A DNA stretch of 27,573 nucleotides from a virus (Duplodnaviria; Caudoviricetes), in the IMG/VR virus record IMGVR_UViG_3300005286_000512, positions 1 to 27,573 of that record; one strand, 5' to 3'. Positions 16,756 to 24,023 of this stretch are shown here, piece after piece; the first letter of the stretch is position 1, and every line of letters starts with the position of its first letter. Both the position numbers and the translations under genes were made by a program. The notes below the pieces were generated by a model. The model saw only the letters and a list, made by a program, of their open reading frames with translations, searched no databases and had not been told where the DNA came from.

Positions 16756-17235
16756 TCAGCCCGCAGCCGCCGTGACCGCGTTGCAGAACTCCTCCAGAAC
16801 GACAAAATCCGCGAGTTCCGCCGCGATCAATCGGCCTTCGTGTCGGCTCTCGACGAAAATCCGGTGCTCAGGCCCGGCCCCCCGATTCACGAACTCACAC
16901 CGGTAGACAAGCGAGACCGGATCCACGTCCGTTCGGAACTCGGCTTCGACCGGGCGGCTTCGTGGATCCGGTCGATAGTCTTCGACGGCCTCCTCGAGCG
17001 TTTTGAGGGACTCCATGAGCGCAGCCGCCTTGGCTTTGTCGATTCGATGGACGTGCTCCACTCTGAAGGTGACTCCCTTCTCCGAGACCTCCTCGGAAAT
17101 TCGAAGACGCGCGAAGGGCTCGTGATTGCCTTCCCAGTGACGGGACACTTTCTCCACGACGACATCGACTTGATTCTCAGTCGGGATCTCCTTCCGAGAC
17201 CGGATATACGTTATTGTAAGGGGGGAATTTTTCAT
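16756..17235 (-). CDS. Hypothetical protein, 159 aa (start MKNSPL)
   Basis: ATG 17235 follows a promoter-like TTGCTG-N17-TAGACC. Confidence 0.7.
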   Translation of the reverse strand: MKNSPLTITYIRSRKEIPTENQVDVVVEKVSRHWEGNHEPFARLRISEEVSEKGVTFRVEHVHRIDKAKAAALMESLKTLEEAVEDYRPDPRSRPVEAEFRTDVDPVSLVYRCEFVNRGAGPEHRIFVESRHEGRLIAAELADFVVLEEFCNAVTAAAG

Positions 17236-17300
17236 CGCTCGAGGTCTACCAAATCTCGCCGCTCCCAGCAAATGAGGCTCCGAAAAATCTCTAAAATCCC

Positions 17301-17334
17301 TGCGGAGTTGTCTTGGCGCCAAGACAACTCCGCA
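17301..17334. repeat. Perfect 34-bp palindrome
   Basis: TGCGGAGTTGTCTTGGC|GCCAAGACAACTCCGCA. Confidence 0.95.
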
Positions 17335-17335
17335 C

Positions 17336-18013
17336 CTACGCGGCGAGCATCTCCCGATCGTCGAAGGCGCGGAACACCGGGTCGAGCAACTCGCGATACG
17401 CGCGCCACTGCTCGTCGGTCCAGGAGCGGCTCGCGCGCTGAAAGTCGATCACCCATTGATTCGTCTGCGAGAGAATGTCGTTGTCGCCGTCGTCCTGCGG
17501 CTCGGGCGGCGCCGTCGTGTAGGCATCGCGCAGCCGCCGACGCAGCGGGCGTGTCTTCATCCCCTCCGCCTCGATCTCGCGAATCCACACGCCGATCTGG
17601 CTCGGCGGCACATGCGCGGAAAGCAGTTCCAGCCCGTGCTGCATGGTGAATCCCGTCGTGCGCTTGGCGGGCTCGATCGACGAGCACACCCATTTGTAAT
17701 TGCGCAGCGTCTTCGGCTGCCGGTCAAAGATCTCCGCCGCGATGTCGTAGACCCCGTTGGGCAGCCGTTTCCCGTAGGCCGCGTCCCGATATTCGAACTC
17801 GCCGTAGGCGAGCCAGTCGCCGATCCAGAGATTCACCGCGCGCGAGTAGCCGCGCAGTCGCCAGCCCAGCGCCTTCCATTCCTCGAAGCTCAGCCCGCGC
17901 TCGATCTCAAGCGCATTCGCCGTGAAGCGCACGCGCCCCTCCAGCTCCGGCGGCAGCAGCATCAACGCCTCCGATTTGCGACTTTCAGCCTTCAGACCTT
18001 CGACCATCTTCAT
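17336..18013 (-). CDS. LmbU-like DNA-binding regulator, 225 aa
   Basis: LSFEEW...G..L, WIGDWLAYGE, KTLRNYKWV motifs recalled from the LmbU family. Confidence 0.75.
   Translation of the reverse strand: MKMVEGLKAESRKSEALMLLPPELEGRVRFTANALEIERGLSFEEWKALGWRLRGYSRAVNLWIGDWLAYGEFEYRDAAYGKRLPNGVYDIAAEIFDRQPKTLRNYKWVCSSIEPAKRTTGFTMQHGLELLSAHVPPSQIGVWIREIEAEGMKTRPLRRRLRDAYTTAPPEPQDDGDNDILSQTNQWVIDFQRASRSWTDEQWRAYRELLDPVFRAFDDREMLAA
17973..18005 (+). repeat. Degenerate GACCTTCA-family repeat in the 5' end of the LmbU-like gene
   Basis: GATTTGC GACTTTCA GCCTTCA GACCTTC GACC. Confidence 0.65.
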
Positions 18014-18627
18014 CCTGCATCCGACGCGGCCGGCCGGTAGTTGTAGCGTCCGTAGGAGCGCCGCGCCGCCTCGGGCTTGTTGTTTTGATTGCGCGGAAGA
18101 TGCAGTCGCGTCTGGATCCGACTGCAGACATTGCTGATCGTGGTGACCGACACGCCGAAGCGCCGCGCGCTCGATCGCATGGTCACCTCCGGAATCGCGC
18201 GATTGCCTCCGTAGGCGAGAATGAAGCAGTCGATCGTGAGCCGGCAACGCGGCATCGATCGCACGAAGAGCAGGATCCGCAGCACCGTCAGCCGCTCGTC
18301 CCCGGGAATCGACACCTCGCGACGGATCCGCTCGAGCATGTTGCGCACCGTCTTCTCGTCGGTCTCGTATTTGCGCGCAATCGCGCGCCGCGTGAGCTCC
18401 GGCGCAAATGCCGCGCCGCCGCACTCGAGCAGTAGACAATCCAGCGCGAGCCGCGCGCGCTGCTGCTCGCGCAGGAAGAGCAGGATCCGCAACACCACGT
18501 TCCCCGTCTCCGGGTCTTCGGGCCGCACTTCATCGATCGTCGACGGATCGAAGGGCCTCGACGCGCGAAGGTCGTTCTCGAAATCGTGGGCGAATCGCGG
18601 GAGCCGCCGGTCTGCGAGGGTTGCCAC
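18010..18627 (-). CDS. Protein with two tandem sigma-region-4-like HTH domains, about 205 aa
   Basis: Internal duplication VLRILLF...DC..L..GG....PE.T.R..AR(K/R)(Y/F)......(V/I).N...RI; GTG start chosen because the upstream part of the ORF is a terminator. Confidence 0.7.
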   Translation of the reverse strand: MATLADRRLPRFAHDFENDLRASRPFDPSTIDEVRPEDPETGNVVLRILLFLREQQRARLALDCLLLECGGAAFAPELTRRAIARKYETDEKTVRNMLERIRREVSIPGDERLTVLRILLFVRSMPRCRLTIDCFILAYGGNRAIPEVTMRSSARRFGVSVTTISNVCSRIQTRLHLPRNQNNKPEAARRSYGRYNYRPAASDAG

Positions 18628-18662
18628 TGAAGCTCTATTTATCAGGGATTCCCCCGATTTGC

Positions 18663-18695
18663 AAAAAAAGAGAGCCGGAGCTTTCGCCCCGGCTC
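18663..18695 (-). terminator. Rho-independent terminator after the capsid/cement genes
   Basis: GAGCCGGGGC-GAAA-GCTCCGGCTC-TCTTTTTTT. Confidence 0.85.
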
Positions 18696-18721
18696 CCCAT
18701 GCGCCACCCAAGAAGGCCGCG

Positions 18722-19120
18722 TTACTTGCGAAGTTTCGGTCGGAGACTGATCGTCGCGGTCACACCGCTCATGTCGCCCGTGCCGCCCGCGGCGACAAAC
18801 TTGACGTTCACGTAGCGGCCGATCGTGCTCGGCAGCCGGAAGTAGATTTCCTGCGCCGCGATCGTCGATCCCGTGCCGGTGATCACTTTCACGAGATTGA
18901 TGGAGGCCGAGGGCGAGGCACTCTCACCGCTCTGCACGGTGATCGTGAGCGTGTCGGCGCTCGGCAGGTGCGTGGAAGTGAGCGCGGGAATCTCGATGAC
19001 GAGTTCCGCGTCCCTCACGCTCGCGCCTGGCTTGGCACAACCGAGATCGAGATCCGGGCTGGTGACCGTGCCGTCGGAGGTGGGCAGCGCCCGGGTGACT
19101 GTGAGATTGAGGTCCTTCAT
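18722..19120 (-). CDS. Capsid cement/decoration protein (BPP-1 Bbp16-like)
   Basis: S..LDLG, TLTITVQS, RLP...RYV.V.F pattern; near the capsid gene. Confidence 0.65.
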   Translation of the reverse strand: MKDLNLTVTRALPTSDGTVTSPDLDLGCAKPGASVRDAELVIEIPALTSTHLPSADTLTITVQSGESASPSASINLVKVITGTGSTIAAQEIYFRLPSTIGRYVNVKFVAAGGTGDMSGVTATISLRPKLRK

Positions 19121-19126
19121 GGATTA

Positions 19127-19492
19127 TTAGGGTTGAGTCTGGGCACGAGCTTCGAGAATGACCTTCGCGATCTCCGCCTTCGTGTTCGCGCGCAGATCGA
19201 GCTGCAGCTCGGCGGCCATCGCCTTGAGCTCGTCGAGCTTGTAGCTGCCGGCAAATTCGGCGATCGCCTCTTCGGTCACCTCCACCTTCGGCGGCTTCGT
19301 GTCCTTCGGCGGCTTCGCGGCTTTGAAGCCGACGAGCGTCGCGCAGCCGATCTCGCGCGTCTCGACGACCCGGCAGCGGGTGACGACGGGAACCCCGCCC
19401 TCGGGCCCGATGTCGATCGTGCCGTCGCCATTCTCGGCGAGCACGACGAACTCCTTGTCGCCGTGCTCCTGGTGATAAATGACCTTCTTCAT
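19127..19492 (-). CDS. Head-module protein with C-terminal HeH/Rho-N-like motif
   Basis: YKLDELKAMAAELQLDLRANTKAEIAKVI. Confidence 0.65.
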   Translation of the reverse strand: MKKVIYHQEHGDKEFVVLAENGDGTIDIGPEGGVPVVTRCRVVETREIGCATLVGFKAAKPPKDTKPPKVEVTEEAIAEFAGSYKLDELKAMAAELQLDLRANTKAEIAKVILEARAQTQP

Positions 19493-19514
19493 ATTTTGCC
19501 GCGTTGCGATGCGA

Positions 19515-20507
19515 TCAGCTCTCGATCGCGTCGGTGATGCCGATCGAGTCGGTCTCGACGATCGGGATGCCCTCGAACTCCGTCGGGCGCGGAGCGACCG
19601 ATTCCTGGTCCGGGCGAATCTTGCCCTGTCCCTGCAGCACCACCGTGCGACTGTCCTGCAGCTGCGAGCAGCTGCGACGGCTCATGAAGATCGCGTCGTA
19701 GGTGAAGTTCGCGGGCGCGAGTCGCAGAGCCGCGTTGAGCTTCGCATCGGTGAGCCCCTTGCCGTTGTCGGCCGTGAGGTTGCAGATGCGGATCACCGAG
19801 GCGGGATGCGCGATCTGCAGGCCGAGGTAGCTCGAGAGTTCGGACACATAGGCCCATGCCTGCTTGCCGTCGCCGGCCAGCACGCTCTCGACGATGAAGT
19901 CGGGCAGATCGATAAGACCCGAGCCGTTGCGAGCGAGCGCCGGCATGAACTGCACGAAGCCCTCGCCAAACTTCACGAAATACACCGAGCTCGCCGTGGA
20001 GCTCGTGGTGCCCTCGGCGTTTAGCGTGTAGGTCCCGCCGTAGGGCGTGAACGCCTTCAAGCCCGGGAAGCCTTTGCCGTCCGCGCTGATGCCGTAGTAA
20101 ACCTGCCGGCCGATGAGCTGCAGCGCCGCCTCGAGCACGCCCTTCGCCTCGAACGCCTGGTAGCCGCCCGCGCCCCCTCGCCGCCAATTGTCGGCGATGT
20201 GCTTGAGCGCCTCGACGCGCGAGCCGAATCGATAGCACTTGTGCTCGACCAGCTTGAGTTCGCTCTTGCTGGCATCGAAGCCCTCGCCCGCATTTGCAAA
20301 GGAAACCGTCGGCAGTGCCGTGCGATGGAGCGTGCTGTAGGTGAGCACGCCCGGTTCGCTAAGAAGCTCGTCCGACATCGGGATGCCGGCGAAGCCTTTG
20401 CCGTTGCCGGCCAGCTCGGGTGCGACGTTCGTCACGTCTTCGATGATCGCGCCGACCACGTCGGAGCTGTTTGCCTTCGCCAGGTCGAGGAAGTTCAGGG
20501 ATGCCAT
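19515..20507 (-). CDS. Major capsid protein (HK97 fold, BPP-1/epsilon15-like)
   Basis: LDLAK, RTALPTVSF...EG...SKS, F.GL, FEGIPIVETDSI motifs; 330 aa. Confidence 0.85.
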   Translation of the reverse strand: MASLNFLDLAKANSSDVVGAIIEDVTNVAPELAGNGKGFAGIPMSDELLSEPGVLTYSTLHRTALPTVSFANAGEGFDASKSELKLVEHKCYRFGSRVEALKHIADNWRRGGAGGYQAFEAKGVLEAALQLIGRQVYYGISADGKGFPGLKAFTPYGGTYTLNAEGTTSSTASSVYFVKFGEGFVQFMPALARNGSGLIDLPDFIVESVLAGDGKQAWAYVSELSSYLGLQIAHPASVIRICNLTADNGKGLTDAKLNAALRLAPANFTYDAIFMSRRSCSQLQDSRTVVLQGQGKIRPDQESVAPRPTEFEGIPIVETDSIGITDAIES

Positions 20508-20537
20508 AGTGTTGGTTTGAAAAGATTGAGATGAGCG

Positions 20538-21089
20538 TTACTTGCCGGCCGGCAGCTTCTGATTGAGCAGCGCGGCTGCTTTCTTGAGACCCTTGAGCCC
20601 GTCGCCGGCCGTCGCCTTCGCCTGGGCGCCGGGCGCCGTCGCCCCGGGATCCCGCTTGATCGGCTCGCCACCCGCCTTCGCGAGCGCGGCATTCACGCGC
20701 TTGATGATCTCTTCCTCGCTGGCCGCCGCCTTCGCGGTAGCGAGCTCCGAGCGCAGCTGCTGGAGCTGCCGGGTCAGCTTCGAGACGAGCGCAGCGGCAG
20801 AGGCCTCGGGCTCCTCGTCCTCGTCCTCCTGCTCTTCCTCGTCGTCCTCGTCGGTGTCCTCGGACTTCTTGCCCTTCTTCTTTTCCTTGGGCTCGTCGTC
20901 CTCGTCCTCCTGCTCTTCCTCGTCGTCCTCGTCCTCGGACTTGGCGGCAACCTTCGCGAGCGCGCTGCGGATCTGCTCGAGCTGCTGCTCGGCGGCATCG
21001 GCGCGGGCGTTCGCGGCAGTGAGGTCTGCGTTCAGCGTCTCGATCTTATCGAGCGCGGCGGTGAGTTCCTTCGAAGCAAAGAGGGCCAT
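20538..21089 (-). CDS. Probable scaffolding protein, 183 aa (start MALFASK)
   Basis: Coiled coil and acidic linker, directly upstream of the capsid gene. Confidence 0.7.
   Translation of the reverse strand: MALFASKELTAALDKIETLNADLTAANARADAAEQQLEQIRSALAKVAAKSEDEDDEEEQEDEDDEPKEKKKGKKSEDTDEDDEEEQEDEDEEPEASAAALVSKLTRQLQQLRSELATAKAAASEEEIIKRVNAALAKAGGEPIKRDPGATAPGAQAKATAGDGLKGLKKAAALLNQKLPAGK
20808..20933. repeat. 45-bp direct repeat encoding an acidic tract
   Basis: 20808-20852 vs 20889-20933, one mismatch. Confidence 0.85.
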
Positions 21090-21118
21090 TGTGTCGGTCG
21101 TTAAAACCCCGCGAAATG

Positions 21119-21146
21119 TGTCAACCGACGCGCGCCCCCGTTGACA
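21119..21146. promoter_or_regulatory. Back-to-back divergent TTGACA boxes
   Basis: TGTCAA 21119-21124 (minus) and TTGACA 21141-21146 (plus). Confidence 0.6.
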
Positions 21147-21160
21147 GCCGCGCCGCCCTC

Positions 21161-21247
21161 GTTTGCCGAGCGGTGTGGTGGCGCGGCACGGACCCCGGTT
21201 CAACCCGCGTCCACCACACTTCGGCCGGCAGTGCGAACGTCCGCACT
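21161..21247 (+). ncRNA. Candidate small structured RNA or leader
   Basis: GCCGA/TCGGC, GTGTGGTGG/CCACCACAC, CGCGG/CCGCG stems; begins about 14 nt after TTGACA. Confidence 0.4.
21230..21247. promoter_or_regulatory. 18-bp palindrome family site
   Basis: AGTGCGAACGTCCGCACT, 17/18; 10 nt upstream of TTGACA 21258. Confidence 0.6.
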
Positions 21248-21257
21248 CCCCGCGCCT

Positions 21258-21263
21258 TTGACA
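21258..21263 (+). promoter_or_regulatory. TTGACA box, 13 nt before ATG 21277
   Basis: TTGACA-CTCCCGCAGGCGC-ATG. Confidence 0.6.
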
Positions 21264-21276
21264 CTCCCGCAGGCGC

Positions 21277-21555
21277 ATGATCCCGGAAGGCTTTGTCCAG
21301 GCACTTGTCGACTACGCGGAAGCGATCGGGGATTCCTCCGTGCTCGAGACCGAGCGCGACAAGCTTTACGCCCGCATCGCCGCCGGCGAATCCGGTGCGC
21401 TCGTCAACTCGACGATCAACGGCAAGACCTTCGGCTGGTCCGCATCGACGATGACCGTTGAGGAGAAATTCCAAGCCTTCGTGCAGGCGCTGAAGATCCT
21501 CGGTGGCACGGCCGTATCCACCACCTACGCGGCGTTCAGCTGCCTGCAGCGATGA
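21277..21555 (+). CDS. Head-tail joining protein (gpW-like)
   Basis: 92 aa helix/beta-hairpin (STINGKTF)/helix, upstream of a lambda-type portal. Confidence 0.65.
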   Translation: MIPEGFVQALVDYAEAIGDSSVLETERDKLYARIAAGESGALVNSTINGKTFGWSASTMTVEEKFQAFVQALKILGGTAVSTTYAAFSCLQR

Positions 21556-21650
21556 ACATTCTCTCCGCCATCTATTTCACCCAGGCCGCGGTCGGCATCG
21601 GTCTCACGATTGCCGTCGCGTGGTATTTCCGCCCGCCGCCCGCCGCATGA
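21552..21650 (+). CDS. 32-aa hydrophobic microprotein MNILSAIYFTQAAVGIGLTIAVAWYFRPPPAA
   Basis: ATGA overlaps at both ends; one TM-like segment. Confidence 0.55.
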   Translation: MNILSAIYFTQAAVGIGLTIAVAWYFRPPPAA

Positions 21651-21697
21651 GCCTGTTTCTCGTCGTCTCCATCTTCCTATTCCTTCGTCGCTCGTGA
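21647..21697 (+). CDS. 16-aa hydrophobic micro-ORF MSLFLVVSIFLFLRRS
   Basis: ATGA overlap upstream; GTGA overlap with the portal start. Confidence 0.45.
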   Translation: MSLFLVVSIFLFLRRS

Positions 21698-23178
21698 GCT
21701 CCATCATCCTCACCGATCGCTCCGGTGTGCCGCTGCAGTCCTCCGGCTACGACGGCGCCGATTCGTCCAACGTCCGTTCGCAGCTCTTCATCCCGACCAA
21801 TTCCCGCCGCGAGCTCAACAGCTACACGCGACAGGAGCTCGTCCGGAAGGTCCGCGCCCTCGATGCCAACCTCGGCATCTACGGCCGCATCATCCGCAAG
21901 GCGGGCCAGAACGCCGTCGGCAAGGGCATCTTCCCCCGCCCCATCACCCGCGACAAGGAGTTCAACAAGGCCGCCAAGCGGCTCATCGAGGAATGGGGCG
22001 GCATGCCAGGCGTCTACTCGATCGACGACAGCCGCGACTTCTGGGAAGACCAGCGGCAGGCAGCGGAGACGCTCGTGGGCGATGGCGAATTCTTTTCCCA
22101 GCTCGTCTACAGCCCCGAGTCCGGCGCGCCAATGGTGCAGCCGCTCGACATCTTCGAGATCGTCCAGCCGATCGAGCGCGAGCAGGGACAGATCTGGGAA
22201 GACGGCATCCTCGTCAACGAGTTCCTGCGCCCCGTCGCCTACGGCGTGCGCGAGCTTTCCGGCCCCTACGACTGGCGCGACTTTCGCGGCCGCGTCGTGC
22301 CGCGCCGCGACATGATCCACATCTTCCAGCGCCGTCGCGCAAAGCAGCTGCGTGGCATCACATGGTTCTACAGCGGCATCAACCAGGGCATCGACGCGCT
22401 GGATCTCCGTGCGCTGGAAACCGGCACCGCCAAACTGCACTCCGCACTCGGAGTCGTCGTGAAGAAGAACAAGGGAGATGCCGGCAAGTCGGGCATTTCC
22501 GCCCGCCTCGAGCAATCGCTGGGCGTCAGCAGTGACAAGCCCGGCCAGATCTCCGAGCACTTCATCCGCGGCGCGGCGATCGAGTATCTCGCCAGCGACG
22601 AGGGCATCGAGCTGGTCAGCAGCGACCGCCCGTCGCCGAACCTCCGCGAGTTCATCGAGTTTCTCTACCGAGACATCGCGATCGCAACCGGCCTCCCGAT
22701 CGAGGTGATCTACAACCTCGCGAGCCTCGGAGGCGCCACCGCCCGCGCCGTCCTCGAGGACGCGCAATGGTGGTTCGAAATGATCCAGGACAAGATCGTC
22801 GAGCGCCACAGCCGCCGCATCTACGTCTGGCGTCTCGCCGTCGCCCAGCACCGCGGCGAGATCCCCGTGTGCCGCGATCCCGATTGGTGGGCATGTGCAT
22901 GGCGCGGGCCCGCGAAGCTCACCGTCGACATGGGCCGCACGGCCGAGGCGAACATCAAGCTCGTGCGCAACGGCATGCTCTCCCACGAACGCTACTACGA
23001 AGAGCGCGCCCTCGACGCGCAGGAGGAACTCACCAGCCAGATGGACTTCCTACAATGGCTCCGCGAGGAGTGCGAGGAACGCAATCTCCCGATCGAGTGG
23101 ATCCTCGAGCAGCAAGGCCCCGTGGCGATCAGCTTCGGCGGATCCTCCGCTGACAACTCCAACAAGGACGACGAATGA
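21694..23178 (+). CDS. Portal protein, lambda family
   Basis: ILTDRSGVP N-terminus, VGKGI.P, DGEFF, DGI..N...RPVAY, IHIF......QLRG, WRGP...VD..R motifs. Confidence 0.9.
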   Translation: MSSIILTDRSGVPLQSSGYDGADSSNVRSQLFIPTNSRRELNSYTRQELVRKVRALDANLGIYGRIIRKAGQNAVGKGIFPRPITRDKEFNKAAKRLIEEWGGMPGVYSIDDSRDFWEDQRQAAETLVGDGEFFSQLVYSPESGAPMVQPLDIFEIVQPIEREQGQIWEDGILVNEFLRPVAYGVRELSGPYDWRDFRGRVVPRRDMIHIFQRRRAKQLRGITWFYSGINQGIDALDLRALETGTAKLHSALGVVVKKNKGDAGKSGISARLEQSLGVSSDKPGQISEHFIRGAAIEYLASDEGIELVSSDRPSPNLREFIEFLYRDIAIATGLPIEVIYNLASLGGATARAVLEDAQWWFEMIQDKIVERHSRRIYVWRLAVAQHRGEIPVCRDPDWWACAWRGPAKLTVDMGRTAEANIKLVRNGMLSHERYYEERALDAQEELTSQMDFLQWLREECEERNLPIEWILEQQGPVAISFGGSSADNSNKDDE

Positions 23179-24017
23179 ACCCAGCAACTCTCCTCACCCG
23201 CCTCAACGGCGCCCCGCTCTGCCTCCTGCCCCGCGCCGTCGACGGCCTGCGCCAGTCCTTCCTGCAGGGCGATGCCTCCGACACCCCGGCCGCGAAAAAG
23301 ATCGTGGAAATGTCCGAGGAGGAGGTTCAGGCGTGGCGCATCCAGCGAGTGCTGCAGCGCGTCGGGCCAGTCGCGGTGATCTCGATGTCCGGCGTGATCG
23401 TGAAGAAGGTCCCCGCCTGGGCGCTGGAGTGGTTCTGGCTTTGCGACCTCGACGACATCGAGAACGCCCTGCAGCTCGCGCTCAATGACGAGAAGGTCAC
23501 CAGCATCCTGCTCGCCGTCGACAGCCCCGGCGGCTACGTCACCGGCGTTCCCGAGCTGGCCGACATGGTTGCAGAAACCAACAAATCAAAACCTGTTTAT
23601 GCGTTCAGCGATTCGCTGAATTGCTCCGCCGCCTACTACATTTCCAGCCAGGCGCGCGAGATCGCGGTGACCAGCTCGTCAACGATCGGATCGATCGGCA
23701 CCTACCTCGTCCTCGCCGAATGGACGAAGGCCTACGAGGAAATGGGCATCACGATCAATTTCTTCCGCGAGGGCAAATACAAGGCGATGGGGGCCAGCTT
23801 CAAGGAACTCACCGACGAAGAACGCGAGCTGATCGCCGCCGAGATCAAGGAAGTCAATGACGGCTTCCTCGCCGCGGTCACCCGCGCCCGCCCCAAGGTC
23901 CCGCGTGAAAGCATGGAAGGACAAACCTTCAGCGGAAAAAAGTCGATCGCCGCAGGGCTCGCCGACGGGATCGTCAACAACCTCGACGAAGTCGTCACCG
24001 CCCTGCTGACCGCGTGA
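23175..24017 (+). CDS. S49 (SppA/gpC-like) capsid maturation protease
   Basis: DSPGG, CSAAYYISSQA, GSIG, GKYK, AGLADGI. Confidence 0.92.
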   Translation: MNPATLLTRLNGAPLCLLPRAVDGLRQSFLQGDASDTPAAKKIVEMSEEEVQAWRIQRVLQRVGPVAVISMSGVIVKKVPAWALEWFWLCDLDDIENALQLALNDEKVTSILLAVDSPGGYVTGVPELADMVAETNKSKPVYAFSDSLNCSAAYYISSQAREIAVTSSSTIGSIGTYLVLAEWTKAYEEMGITINFFREGKYKAMGASFKELTDEERELIAAEIKEVNDGFLAAVTRARPKVPRESMEGQTFSGKKSIAAGLADGIVNNLDEVVTALLTA

Positions 24018-24023
24018 CGCTGC

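Noticed and set aside
21161-21230. tRNA (GGTTCAA T-loop-like sequence)
   Set aside because: Folds as one long hairpin; no D or anticodon arms
23150-23155. CTGACA before the S49 gene
   Set aside because: 19-nt spacing is outside the 13-16 range, and the gene is already coupled by an ATGA overlap
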